From: an uncultured Acidobacteriota bacterium
Lineage (GTDB): Bacteria > Acidobacteriota > Thermoanaerobaculia > Gp7-AA8
Direction of reading: 5' to 3'
NCBI GenBank assembly: GCA_963741955.1
Contig: CAVUKB010000006.1
Coordinates: 320,001-384,000, forward strand
DNA length: 64,000 bases
Shown: positions 10,903 through 21,238 of the stretch, in pieces
Numbering within the stretch: the stretch's first letter is position 1
Layout of the letters: every line of letters starts with the position of its first letter
Notes under the pieces: generated by a model
The model's input: the letters and a program-made list of their open reading frames with translations, nothing else
What the model was told of the DNA's origin: nothing
The model's database searches: none
Position numbers and translations under genes: made by a program

Positions 10903-11389
10903 CTCTCGAGCCTGGAGCAAAGTCCCCGTGGCCTCGCACTTGCTCCGCGTGCCGAGGGAGACGTCGATGAAACGATTCTTACTCTCCATCGGGATGCTGC
11001 TTCTGATCGCGTCGCCGTGTGCCGCGCAGACGGCGGGGAGCTGGAGCGCGATTCTTTCCGCCGACTGGATCTGGAAAACCGGAACGAACCGGCCCGATCT
11101 CTTCCCCGACGGACAGCAGAACTTCGTCATCCTCGACGTCGGTCTCCAGTCGGGAGGGGGAGGCGGCGGCGCATTGAACTACCGCTTCGCGGATCGATGG
11201 TCGGCCGAAGTGCGTACGTCGGTTCTGTGGCTCCATGCGCATTCGATCGTCCGCCGCGGCGACGCGATCGGCAACGTCGATCTCGGAAAGGTGCGGGTGT
11301 ATCCGCTCACCGCCGTGCTTCAGTACCACTTCGCTCCGATCGGCAGCGTCACTCCGTACATCGGCGCGGGAGGCTCCTGCATCATCGTA

Positions 11390-11569
11390 GCCCGCATTTC
11401 TCACATCATCTCTGCTGCGGAGACGGATAGCGGCCTGTCTGCTGCGTTGCACCCCTGCTTCGGCTCCTCAACATAGTCACCACTATGCCTTCGTCGCCGA
11501 AGCGGGGTACGCCTTGCATCCAGGCTGCTCTCCGCTTCCTCGCGACGAGATGGTGTGAGAAATGCGGGC
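11390..11569. mobile_element. MITE family A (about 180 bp)
   Basis: TIRs GCCCGCATTTCTCACA...TGTGAGAAATGCGGGC flanked by TA; further copies at 13330 and 51405. Confidence 0.9.
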
Positions 11570-11571
11570 TA

Positions 11572-13164
11572 GGAGTCTGCGCGGTAGAAACCCGGTTCGC
11601 GGCAAATCGGCATGATAAAAGGTGAATGGTTAGTAGTAACGATAATATGTTAAGATTAGGTCATGCCGACCACGTATAGGCCATACCGACCGGAGCAGTC
11701 GCTGCTGCTTCCGCCCTCGCCATACGAGTGGCTCCCTGAGGGTCACTTGGCGCACTTCGTTTCCGACATGATCGATCAGCTTGATCTGAGTGCATTCTAC
11801 GAGCGGTACAAGGGCGACGGCAGGCGGAAGCAGCCCTACGAGCCGAGGATGATGCTCAAGTTGATCACCTATTCGTACCTGACGGGAACGTTCTCCTCGC
11901 GCAAGATTGCCCGGCGGATCGATGAAGATATCGCCGTCCGGTATCTTGCAGCCGGGAACTTTCCATCGCATCGGACCATCTGCGACTTTCGGCTTGAAAA
12001 CGTGGACGCATTCAGCTCATTGCTGGTCCAGATCATTCGGACCGCTCAGGAGGCAGGGTTAGTTACGCTCGGGAGGATCGCAATCGACGGGTCGAAGGTG
12101 CGAGCGAATGCCAGCAAGCACAAGGCGATGAGCTACGATCGGATGAAGAAGGAAGAAGCGAAGCTCGAGAAGGAGATCGCGGAGATTTTGGCCACAGCGG
12201 CGGAAGAGGATGCCCGGGAGGATGCCGAGTACGGGGTTGATCGACGCGGGGATGAGTTGCCCGAAGAGCTCCAGCGCCGGGAAACACGCATCCGAAAGAT
12301 CAGAGATGCACGAGAGCGACTCGAACAGCGACAGCGGGAACTGGACACGAAGGCTGGTCGCTCCGAAGGCGACGATGATCCGGCCAGGAAGAAGGGTAAG
12401 CCATTCAAACGGAAGTTCGGCGTACCTGAGGACAAAGCGCAAGAGAACTTCACCGATTCCGAGAGCCGAATCATGAAGTCCCAGGAAGGATTTCAGCAGT
12501 GCTACAACGCGCAGATCGCAGTCGATGCCGATAACCAACTCATCGTCGGATTCGAGATCACACAATCTGCGGCGGACAGCGGATCACTCGTGCCTTTGGT
12601 CGAGGTGGTCGAACAGAATTGCGAAACAAGCCCCGACCAGGTTGTTGCCGACACCGGTTACAAGTCGGAAAGCTCGTTCATCGAGTTGGAGGAGAAGAAG
12701 ATCGATGCGTATGTTTCTCTCGGACGAGAAGGCAAAGAAACCGCAGCTGAGACGACGCTCCCCGCTACTCTGCGGATGAAGCAGAAGTTGGACTCACCTG
12801 CAGGCAAGGCGGTCTATCGCCGGCGAAAGGCGATCGTTGAGCCGGTGTTTGGCTGGGTCAAAAACGTTCTCGGCTTTCGACGATTCAGTCTCCGCGGGAC
12901 GCGCAAAGTTGCCGGCGAATGGGCTCTGGTGTGCCTGGTGATCAATCTGAAGCGAATGAGCGCTCTGGTTGCGGTCGAATAGCCCCGGCAGAGCAGTATC
13001 CAACCCCGAAAAGTCCCGCCGAGCAAGTGTTTCGCGCTGCCACCTCCCCGAGAACGGCTCCATCAACCCCAAGGCGCTTCGATGGCCCGGTTCTGCCGCT
13101 CGCGAGCGGACGTCACCCGAGATCATCAGGAAGCGCCGAACTTACGTCCTATCGCGCAGACTCC
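11572..13164 (+). mobile_element. IS1182-family insertion sequence
   Basis: TIRs GGAGTCTGCGCG...CGCGCAGACTCC flanked by TA (CTAG context); encloses the transposase. Confidence 0.92.
11663..12982 (+). CDS. IS1182-family DDE transposase
   Basis: LLLPPS..WLPEGHLA, YEPRMMLK, SSRKIA, IDGSKVRANASKH, YNAQ, ADTGY, RRKAIVEPVFG. Confidence 0.95.
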   Translation: MPTTYRPYRPEQSLLLPPSPYEWLPEGHLAHFVSDMIDQLDLSAFYERYKGDGRRKQPYEPRMMLKLITYSYLTGTFSSRKIARRIDEDIAVRYLAAGNFPSHRTICDFRLENVDAFSSLLVQIIRTAQEAGLVTLGRIAIDGSKVRANASKHKAMSYDRMKKEEAKLEKEIAEILATAAEEDAREDAEYGVDRRGDELPEELQRRETRIRKIRDARERLEQRQRELDTKAGRSEGDDDPARKKGKPFKRKFGVPEDKAQENFTDSESRIMKSQEGFQQCYNAQIAVDADNQLIVGFEITQSAADSGSLVPLVEVVEQNCETSPDQVVADTGYKSESSFIELEEKKIDAYVSLGREGKETAAETTLPATLRMKQKLDSPAGKAVYRRRKAIVEPVFGWVKNVLGFRRFSLRGTRKVAGEWALVCLVINLKRMSALVAVE

Positions 13165-13166
13165 TA

Positions 13167-13327
13167 GGAGTCTGCGCGATAGAAACGTCCGTAGCGAGAA
13201 AGCGGAGCAACGAGGCCAAATTCGTTCGGATTTGAGGTGCGTAGCGGTGGCTACTCGCCGAAAATCCGGGCGGATTTGGACCGTTGATCCGCTTTCGCAG
13301 TAGGACAGTTTCTACCGCGCAGACTCC
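13167..13327. mobile_element. MITE family B (161 bp, IS1182-type ends)
   Basis: TIRs GGAGTCTGCGCG(A/G)TAGAAAC...GTTTCTACCGCGCAGACTCC match the adjacent IS ends; second copy at 22784. Confidence 0.92.
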
Positions 13328-13329
13328 TA

Positions 13330-13508
13330 GCCCGCATTTCTCACACCGTCTCGTCGCGAGGGGGCGGAGAACGGCCTGGATACAAGGTGCGCGCAGCTTC
13401 GGCGACGAAGGCATAGTGGTGACTATGTCGAGGAGCCGAAGATGTGCACAACGTAGTAGACAGGCCGCTATCCGTCTCCGCAGCAGAGATAGTGTGAGAA
13501 ATGCAGGC
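13330..13508. mobile_element. MITE family A, inverted relative to the 11390 copy
   Basis: Same TIRs; interior is a diverged reverse complement of 11390-11569; TA on both sides. Confidence 0.9.
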
Positions 13509-13795
13509 TAGGAGCGTTCGAGAACGGCGTTCCCGGCGACGGAGGTCTCGGTGACGACACCGGACTGGTGCTCAACACGGGGCTCGACGTCCCGATGGGA
13601 AGACAATGGGGAGTCAATCTCGACGCGAAGTACATCCCGATCGAATCGGGAGCCGGGTTCGACGACGGGCACGGCTTCCGGCTCGAGCCCACCATCGCGT
13701 CCGCGGGCGTAAGATACACGTTCTGATTCCTCCTCATCGCGGCTGTGGCGCGTTCGATCGGTCACCGCACGGGCGGAATCGATGGAGATTCGCAC

Positions 13796-16700
13796 GTGTC
13801 CGAGCGACCGAAAGAGACCCCGCCAGGATCCCCGCGGCGCCAGCTCCGCGAGTTGCTCCGGCTCCTCTATCGCAACACGGGCGAGATCTTCGCCACCGGT
13901 CCGGTGCAGCTCTACATCGCCCGTTACTCGAATGGCGGGGCGTACTGGGTCAGTGACAACATCCGTGCCCTGACCGGTTTCGAAGAATCGATGTTCACCA
14001 GCTCCTACGACTTCTGGACCTCTCGGCTCCATCCCGACGACCGGAGGTCCGCGGTCGACGCGATCACCGGGCTCGCGCGCGGAGAGACGGTGACCATCGA
14101 ATACCGGTGGCTCGCTCGTGACGACACCTATCGGTGGTTTCTCGACCAGTTCGTACGCATCGATACACCGGACGAGCCGCTCCTGGTCGGAGCAGTCATC
14201 GATGTGACCGAGTCGCACGAAAAGGCCGAAGAGCTGATCGCCGCGAATCAGAGGCTCGACGCGGTCTTCGAGGCGTCGCCGTACGCGATCATCGCGATCG
14301 ATTCCCACGAGCGTGTCCAGCTGTGGAACGACGCCGCGACCCGGATGTTCGGCTGGAGCCCGGAAGAAGCGATTGGAGAGAAGCTGCCGACGATTCCCGA
14401 GGAGCTCCGGGCGGAAGCGGACGAGCTCCGGCGGCGTGCCAACGGCGGCGAGCGGGTCACGAACTTCGTGACCCGGCGACGCCGTAAGGATGGATCGGTC
14501 TTCGACGTCTCACTCTCGGCCGCACCTCTTTTCGACCGCCATGGACTTCCGGCCGGGACGATGGGAATGCTGGTCGACATCACCGAACAGAAGGAAAAGG
14601 ACGATGCGCTCCGGTTCCAGGCCAGTCTTCTCGGCGCAGTCAACCAGGCCATCATCGTGAGCGATCCCGACGGAAGGATCGTCTACTGGAACCGCTACGC
14701 AGGGGAGCTGTTCGGGTGGACCGCCGGTGAAGCACTCGGCCGTGACGTGGTGGAGCTGACCGTGCCCGAAATCTCGACGCAGCAGGCCGCCGGGATCATG
14801 GACGCGCTTCGGCGCGGTGCGAGCTGGCGCGGCGAGTTCACCGTGCGCCACCGCAGCGGCAGGCCCGTACCGCTCCTCGTGAGCGACTCTCCGATCCTCG
14901 ATGACGAAGGCCGCCTCACCGCAATCGTCGGCGTCTCGGTGGATCTTTCCGAACAGCAGGCGGCAGACGAGGCGCTTCGAAGAAGCGAGGAGCGGTTCCG
15001 CGCACTCTTCGAACAGAGCCCGATCGCGACGTTCCTCTTCCGGGCGGTGGATCGCGATTTCGAGTTGATCGACTTCAATCCCGCCGCGCGCGAGCTCACT
15101 GCGACCGTCCCTCCTCCTTACCTCGGGATGCGTGCATCGGAACGATATGCGGAATACCCGGCCGCACTCGAGGACATGCGCGCCACCGACGAGACGGGCT
15201 ATCCGCGAGAAAGAGCGCTCGAGTACGTTCTTCCCGACGGACGGAAGCGCGCGATCTTCGTGAATTTCGCGCGGGTGGATCGCGGACTCCTGATGCTGCA
15301 CGTTCGCGATCTCACCGAGCAGAAAGCCACGGAACAAGCCCTCCGGTTCTCGAATCAGGCGCTCTCCGCGCTCTTCCAGGCCTCGCCGGTCGCGATCATC
15401 GCACTCGACCGTGAGCGGAACGTCCAGGCGTGGAACGCGGAAGCGGAACGGATGTACGGATGGCGCGCCGAAGAGGTGAACGGCCGTCCGATTCCCTTCC
15501 TCACCAGAGAGCAGACGCACGGCCCCGATTCCCTGATCTCGAAAGTCCTAGGGGGAGAAGGAGTGACGAATTTCGAGCTGTCCAGGCCTCGACGGGATGG
15601 TTCGGAAGTGGTCGTCTCGCTCTCCGCGAGTCCGCTTTTCGATAGTGAAGGCCGGATCTCCGGACTGGTCTCGGCTGCAGTGGACATCACCAGCAGAAAG
15701 GCGATCGAAGACGAGCTCCGCGCCCGGGCGGCCCAGGAATCAGCGGTCGCAGAGATTGCGGAGCTCGCGCTTCAGGGGTCCGATCTCGAGCGGCTGATGA
15801 ATCGCTCCTGCGAGGTGGTCGCAAACGCGCTCGACGTCCGTTTCAGCTGGATCGAAGTTCCTCTCCCGGACGGAAGGCTCGAAATTCGTGCCGGTACCGG
15901 ATGGCGAAAGAAGGGAGTCGGGCGGAGCCGAACCTCCGGAGGAATGGAGTCGCAGGGAGGGGTGACGCTGAATGCCGGAACGCCGATCGTCTCCGAGGAC
16001 GTGATGAACGATCCACGGCTCCGCCCTTCTCCGATTCACGAGCGCTACCGGATCGTCAGCGCAATGAGTGCGGTCATCCCCGGACGAGAGCGTCCGTTCG
16101 GCGTGATCGAAGCGAACGACACGGCAAAGCGTTTTTTCGCGGAGCACGACGTGAACTTTCTGGTCGCCGCAGCTGGCGTCCTCGGAACCGCCATCGAGCA
16201 CCTCCAGTCGCAGGAAGCGCTGGCCGATCGCGAGGCAACGCTCCGGCTCCTCATCCAGCAGATCCCCGCGGTGGTCTTCACGACGGATCTCGAGATGCGT
16301 CTGACTTCGAGTATCGGTCTCGGGATGCCCGGAGGATCTTCTCCCTTCGCCTCGATCGGCCGGAGACTCGGAGAGATCGCCGGCGACAATCCCCAGGCCG
16401 GCGCAGCGATCGAAGCTCAGACGCGTGCATTCCGGGGCGACCCCACTCGTTATGAAGTCCTCTGGCGAGGGCGGGCTCTGGAAGTCCACGTCGAACCGTT
16501 CCGGACCCAGAGCGGAGAGATCACCGGCTCGGTCGGAGTGGCGGTCGACATCACCGAACGGAAGCAACACGAAGCAGAGTTGCAGGAATCGCGAGAGCGT
16601 CTGCAGGCGCTCTCGACTCGTGTCCTGACCATTCAGGAGGACGAGCGGACGAGCATCGCACGCGAGGTGCACGACGAGCTCGGACAGGCGCTGACCGCAC

Positions 16701-17290
16701 TGAAGCTGAACGTGGCTCTGGTGGAGCAGAACCTGAAGAACGGGAAAATCCGCGAGCTGGGAGAGCGCTGCAGCGAGATGCACGGAATCATCGACGAAAC
16801 GATCGAATCGGTCCGGCGTATCGCCAGTCAACTCAATCCGCCGCTGCTCGAGCACCTCGGGCTCGCTGCCGCGATCGAAGAAGAGGCGCGTCGGTTCGAG
16901 CGAAGGAGCGGAATCGCCACGCGGGTGAGGATGCCCGAAGGAACCCTGGAGCTCGACCGCCATCGCTCGACCGCCATCTTCAGGATGGTCCAGGAAGCAC
17001 TGACGAATGTTGCACGCCATGCACGCGCGACCTCGGTCGAGCTGACGCTCTCCGAGACGGATGGTCGCCTGCGAATCGAAATCGAGGACAATGGGCGAGG
17101 AATCACAGACGACGAACGCCTCGCCTCCTCCTCTCTCGGACTGATCGGGATGCGGGAGCGCATCCGCTCGCTGGAAGGCGAGCTGCAGATCGAAGGACGA
17201 CACGATGCCGGAACGAAGATCATCGCCACCATCCCCGCCAGGCCGGCTGACGCCGGACAGCGCCGGGACCATTCGGGTCCTGATCGCTGA
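13796..17290 (+). CDS. Multi-PAS/GAF sensor histidine kinase (HisKA_3 type)
   Basis: Several PAS/PAC repeats, a GAF region, H-box EDERTSIAREVHDELGQ, QEALTNVARHA, DNGRG and GLIGMRER; GTG 13796 follows GGAG. Confidence 0.93.
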   Translation: MSERPKETPPGSPRRQLRELLRLLYRNTGEIFATGPVQLYIARYSNGGAYWVSDNIRALTGFEESMFTSSYDFWTSRLHPDDRRSAVDAITGLARGETVTIEYRWLARDDTYRWFLDQFVRIDTPDEPLLVGAVIDVTESHEKAEELIAANQRLDAVFEASPYAIIAIDSHERVQLWNDAATRMFGWSPEEAIGEKLPTIPEELRAEADELRRRANGGERVTNFVTRRRRKDGSVFDVSLSAAPLFDRHGLPAGTMGMLVDITEQKEKDDALRFQASLLGAVNQAIIVSDPDGRIVYWNRYAGELFGWTAGEALGRDVVELTVPEISTQQAAGIMDALRRGASWRGEFTVRHRSGRPVPLLVSDSPILDDEGRLTAIVGVSVDLSEQQAADEALRRSEERFRALFEQSPIATFLFRAVDRDFELIDFNPAARELTATVPPPYLGMRASERYAEYPAALEDMRATDETGYPRERALEYVLPDGRKRAIFVNFARVDRGLLMLHVRDLTEQKATEQALRFSNQALSALFQASPVAIIALDRERNVQAWNAEAERMYGWRAEEVNGRPIPFLTREQTHGPDSLISKVLGGEGVTNFELSRPRRDGSEVVVSLSASPLFDSEGRISGLVSAAVDITSRKAIEDELRARAAQESAVAEIAELALQGSDLERLMNRSCEVVANALDVRFSWIEVPLPDGRLEIRAGTGWRKKGVGRSRTSGGMESQGGVTLNAGTPIVSEDVMNDPRLRPSPIHERYRIVSAMSAVIPGRERPFGVIEANDTAKRFFAEHDVNFLVAAAGVLGTAIEHLQSQEALADREATLRLLIQQIPAVVFTTDLEMRLTSSIGLGMPGGSSPFASIGRRLGEIAGDNPQAGAAIEAQTRAFRGDPTRYEVLWRGRALEVHVEPFRTQSGEITGSVGVAVDITERKQHEAELQESRERLQALSTRVLTIQEDERTSIAREVHDELGQALTALKLNVALVEQNLKNGKIRELGERCSEMHGIIDETIESVRRIASQLNPPLLEHLGLAAAIEEEARRFERRSGIATRVRMPEGTLELDRHRSTAIFRMVQEALTNVARHARATSVELTLSETDGRLRIEIEDNGRGITDDERLASSSLGLIGMRERIRSLEGELQIEGRHDAGTKIIATIPARPADAGQRRDHSGPDR

Positions 17291-17918
17291 TGACCACGCC
17301 ATTGTCCGGCGGGGACTGCGTCAGATCCTGGAGGGAGAAGACGGGATAAGGGTGGAAGGCGAAGCTTCGACTGCTGCTGAAGCGCTCGATCGGCTCCACG
17401 GCAGTCGATGGGACGTGATCGTTCTCGACATCTCCCTTCCCGACCGCTCCGGACTCGAGCTCCTGCAGCAGGTCAAGCTCGAGTACCCCGACCTCCCGGT
17501 TCTCATCCTCAGCATGCATGCGGAAGAGCAGTACGCACTCCGGGCCCTCCGCCTCGGCGCGTCCGGATACGTCCTGAAGGAGTCGGCCCCCGAGCAGCTC
17601 GTCGAAGCGATTCGCACGGTTGCGAGCGACGGGAAGTTCCTCTCACCGGTGATCGCCGAGAAGCTCGCGTTCGAGCTCGCGGGTGGAGCCGGACAGAAGA
17701 AGCCGCACGAACGGCTCTCGAAACGGGAGTTCCAGATTCTCTGTCTGATCGCCTCCGGCCGGACCGTCGGCGAGATCGGCGAGATGCTCGCCCTCAGTGT
17801 GAAGACCGTGAGCACCCATCGGGGCCGGATCCTGCGGAAGATGGGGTTGCGAAACAATGCCCAGGTGATGCTCTACGCCGTGCAGCACGGACTGGAGGAC
17901 TGCGTCAAACGGTCCTGA
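17205..17918 (+). CDS. NarL/LuxR-family response regulator
   Basis: IRVLIADDHAIVRRGL, LDISLP, LSKREFQIL...KTVSTHR; exact start uncertain and overlaps the kinase end. Confidence 0.92.
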   Translation: MPERRSSPPSPPGRLTPDSAGTIRVLIADDHAIVRRGLRQILEGEDGIRVEGEASTAAEALDRLHGSRWDVIVLDISLPDRSGLELLQQVKLEYPDLPVLILSMHAEEQYALRALRLGASGYVLKESAPEQLVEAIRTVASDGKFLSPVIAEKLAFELAGGAGQKKPHERLSKREFQILCLIASGRTVGEIGEMLALSVKTVSTHRGRILRKMGLRNNAQVMLYAVQHGLEDCVKRS

Positions 17919-18010
17919 GCGGCATCGGTCCGGTCAGGCCGGCGTGTGCGCTCCGCCCTTCCCCCGCGCCGCGATCCGTGTTATTAGGCTCCGGCTGGAG
18001 GTTCTGCTCT

Positions 18011-19126
18011 ATGTCCGATTCCACACCCGGGATTTCCCTCAAACGCACGCCGCTCTACAGCCTCGAGCACGAGCTCGGCGGAAAGATGGTCGACTTCGGC
18101 GGATGGGAGCTCCCGGTGCAGTTCACCAGCATCATCGACGAGCACACCGCGGTTCGCGAGCGCGCGGGGCTGTTCGACGTCTCGCACATGGGAGAGATCG
18201 ACGTGCGCGGCAAAGATGCCCTGGCGTTTCTGCAGTTCGCCACCTGCAACGACGTCTCGAAACTCGCCGACGGCCGCTGCCAGTACAACGCGGTTCTCTA
18301 TCCGAACGCCGGATTCGTCGACGACATCCTGATCTACCGCCGCGGAGAGAACGACTACCTTCTGGTGGTCAATGCGGCGAATACCGAAAAGGACTTCGAG
18401 AGTCTCGCCGAGACGGCGAAGAAGTTCGACGTGGAGGTAGTGAACCGGAGCGCCGACTACGCGCAGCTCGCTCTGCAGGGACCACTCGCGGAGAAGATCC
18501 TGACTCCTCTCACGGACGTCGACCTCGCATCCATGAAGTACTACCGTTTCGCCCTCGGAAAGGTCGACGGAATCGACGCGATCGTCTCCCGCACCGGCTA
18601 CACCGGGGAGGACGGATTCGAAGTGTACGTCGCCCCCGAGCACGCCATCCGGATCGCCCGGAAAATCCTCGAAGGAGGGAAGGCCGACGGAGTCGTCCCT
18701 TGCGGTCTCGGCGCTCGCGACACCCTCCGTCTCGAAGCCCGGATGCACCTCTACGGCAACGACATGGACCACACCACCACTCCGCTCGAAGCGGACCTCG
18801 GGTGGATCGTGAAGCTCGACAAGGGCGACTTCATCGGCCGAGAGGTCCTCGAGCGGGAGAGCGCCGAAGGCGTGAAGCGGAAGCTCGCCGCATTCGAGAT
18901 GGTCGACCGGGGAATCGGCCGCCATGGCTATCCGGTGGTCGACGGCGGCCACGAGACCGGCGTGGTGACCAGCGGAACCCACTCGCCGACGTTGAAAAAG
19001 GCGATCGGACTCGCATATCTTCCAGTCGACAAGACGGAGATCGGGACCGAGTTTTCGATTCTGATCCGGGGTAAGGAAGCGAAGGCCCGCGTCGTCCCCA
19101 CCCCTTTTTACAAACGAGCCAGGTAA
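18011..19126 (+). CDS. gcvT: Glycine cleavage system aminomethyltransferase T
   Basis: LKRTPLY, MVDFGGWELPVQF, GLFDVSHMG, SRTGYTGEDGFE, GLGARDTLRLEA. Confidence 0.97.
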   Translation: MSDSTPGISLKRTPLYSLEHELGGKMVDFGGWELPVQFTSIIDEHTAVRERAGLFDVSHMGEIDVRGKDALAFLQFATCNDVSKLADGRCQYNAVLYPNAGFVDDILIYRRGENDYLLVVNAANTEKDFESLAETAKKFDVEVVNRSADYAQLALQGPLAEKILTPLTDVDLASMKYYRFALGKVDGIDAIVSRTGYTGEDGFEVYVAPEHAIRIARKILEGGKADGVVPCGLGARDTLRLEARMHLYGNDMDHTTTPLEADLGWIVKLDKGDFIGREVLERESAEGVKRKLAAFEMVDRGIGRHGYPVVDGGHETGVVTSGTHSPTLKKAIGLAYLPVDKTEIGTEFSILIRGKEAKARVVPTPFYKRAR

Positions 19127-19152
19127 GTTCGAAAAGAAGGAGCAGCGAATCC

Positions 19153-19545
19153 ATGGCGACTCCGCGCGACAACCGTTACGCCAAGAGCCACGAGTACATT
19201 CACGTCGAAGGCGACATCGCGACCATCGGCATCAGTGATTACGCCCAGAAAGAGCTCGGCGACGTCGTGTACGTCGACGTGCCGCAGGTCGGTTCCGAGC
19301 TCGAATCCGGCGACGAGCTCGGGAGCATCGAGTCGGTCAAGGCCGTCTCCGAGCTCTTCTCGCCCGTCTCCGGAGAGGTGATCGAGGTCAATGAGCGTCT
19401 CGCCGATAAGCCCGATCTGGTCAACACCGATCCCTATGGTGACGGCTGGATGGTCAAGATCCGGATGTCGAAGGCGGATGAGGCCGACGACCTGATGGAC
19501 GCCGAAGAGTACGACGAGTACGTCGAGAAGGAATCGAATCACTAG
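19153..19545 (+). CDS. gcvH: Glycine cleavage system H protein
   Basis: GISDYAQKELGDVVY, lipoyl motif ESVKAVSE, DPYGDGW. Confidence 0.97.
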   Translation: MATPRDNRYAKSHEYIHVEGDIATIGISDYAQKELGDVVYVDVPQVGSELESGDELGSIESVKAVSELFSPVSGEVIEVNERLADKPDLVNTDPYGDGWMVKIRMSKADEADDLMDAEEYDEYVEKESNH

Positions 19546-19860
19546 CCCGCTTGGCTCCAGAGCGAGCCGGAATGCCGCTTCCCCCCTGCGGGTTCGGCAT
19601 TGCGGAACCCGGAGATCGAGACGTGCCCTGCGCCGAGTGCGGCTTTTGACGCGGTTCCGCTGAATCTGGCGGAGAGCGCCGGCGGGCACGACGGCTCCGG
19701 CAGAACGACGTCACGCCGTTCGGGCCCGCGATCGCGTCCGGTTGTTGATGCATTAAGGAAACTGGTTATCTACTTCAGATCTCAGAATCATTAATTACGT
19801 ATCATTTTCACCGTTCCGCTTCGACTCCCCGAAGCGGTCATTCCCCGAGAGGAGCTCTCC

Positions 19861-21228
19861 GTGGACAAGGTCTCGATGCGCTACATCCCCAATGCCTCCG
19901 AGGATGTTCGCGAGATGCTCGAGGTGATCGGCGTCGACTCGATCGACCGCCTCTTCGACAGCATCCCCGAATCGATCAGACACAAAGGACTTCTCGATCT
20001 TCCGGAACCGTGGTCGGAGATCGAAGTGCGGCGGTGGTTCGGTGCACTGGCGGAGCGGAATCGCACCTCGCGTACGGCGCTCTCGTTCATGGGTGCCGGG
20101 GCATACACGCACTATCAACCGGCGTGCATCGACCAGCTCCTCCTGCGTGCGGAGTTTCTCACCTCGTACACTCCGTACCAGCCGGAAGTCTCCCAGGGGA
20201 CGCTCCAGTCGATCTTCGAGTACCAGACCCACCAGTGCCTGCTGACCGGTCTCGACGTCGCGAATGCCTCGATGTACGACGGATCGACCGCGCTGGTCGA
20301 AGGAGTCCTCCTCGCGGAACGGGTCGGGAAAACGCGCACGAAAGTCGTGATCGCCGGTTCCATCCATCCCGAATATCGCGAGACGCTCCGCACCTACGTG
20401 CAGAACCTCGGCATCGAACTGGTCGAAGTCGGCTGGGGAACGGATGGGCGGATCGATCTCGACGCGCTCGGGAAGGCAGTGGACGAGAACACGTTCGCGG
20501 TTGCGGTGCAGTCGCCGAACTTCTTCGGTGTCCTCGAGCATTACGACGCGGTCGGGACGATCGCCGATCGCTCGCGTGCGGTGAAGATTGCGGTGATCAC
20601 GGAGGCGACGTCGCTCGGAATCGTGAGCCCTCCGGGGGCACATCGGTTCGACGTCGCGCTCGGTGAAGGGCAGGCGTGGGGGATCGCGACGCAGTACGGC
20701 GGCCCTTACGTCGGATTCATGGTGGTGCGCGAAGAGCTCAAACGTCACATGCCGGGTCGTCTGGTCGGCGAGACGGTGGACGTCGACGGCCGCCGCGCAT
20801 ACGTGCTGACGCTCGCGACGCGTGAGCAGCACATCCGCCGCGGAAAGGCGACGTCGAACATCTGCACCAACGAGGCGCTGATCGCGCTCGCTGCGAACAT
20901 GTACCTCTCACTGATGGGGAAGGACGGGCTGCGCGAGGTCGCGACCCACTGTCTTCAGAAGACGGCATATCTGATCGGAAAGCTGCGCGAATCCGGAAAG
21001 GTCGAGCTTCCGTTCAGCGGCCCGGTCTACGACGAATTCACGGTGCGGACGAAGCGCCCCGCAGCCGCGGTCCTTCGGGATCTCGAAGAACGCAACATTC
21101 TGGGCGGCGTGGCGCTCGGCCGCTTCTACCAGGGAATGGACGACTCGCTCCTGATCGCGGTGAACGAGCTCCACACCCGCGAGCAACTCGACGAATTCGC
21201 CGGCGCACTCGCGTCGGTAGCGGGATGA
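19861..21228 (+). CDS. gcvPA: Glycine dehydrogenase subunit 1
   Basis: YTPYQPEVSQGTLQ, NASMYDG, TREQHIRRGKATSNICTN; start may be ATG 19876. Confidence 0.96.
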   Translation: MDKVSMRYIPNASEDVREMLEVIGVDSIDRLFDSIPESIRHKGLLDLPEPWSEIEVRRWFGALAERNRTSRTALSFMGAGAYTHYQPACIDQLLLRAEFLTSYTPYQPEVSQGTLQSIFEYQTHQCLLTGLDVANASMYDGSTALVEGVLLAERVGKTRTKVVIAGSIHPEYRETLRTYVQNLGIELVEVGWGTDGRIDLDALGKAVDENTFAVAVQSPNFFGVLEHYDAVGTIADRSRAVKIAVITEATSLGIVSPPGAHRFDVALGEGQAWGIATQYGGPYVGFMVVREELKRHMPGRLVGETVDVDGRRAYVLTLATREQHIRRGKATSNICTNEALIALAANMYLSLMGKDGLREVATHCLQKTAYLIGKLRESGKVELPFSGPVYDEFTVRTKRPAAAVLRDLEERNILGGVALGRFYQGMDDSLLIAVNELHTREQLDEFAGALASVAG

Positions 21229-21238
21229 GGGGTAAGGA

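Larger units (their letters stand above)
10967..13726 (+). pseudogene. OmpW-family outer-membrane beta-barrel gene split by four stacked mobile elements
   Basis: 10967-11389 (signal peptide...QYHF...TPYIGAG) joins in frame to 13511-13726 (...WGVNLDAKYIPI...SAGVRYTF*), giving 212 aa with a C-terminal Phe. Confidence 0.9.

Noticed and set aside
17919-18010. Glycine riboswitch upstream of gcvT
   Set aside because: The gap is only about 90 bp and lacks the aptamer motifs.
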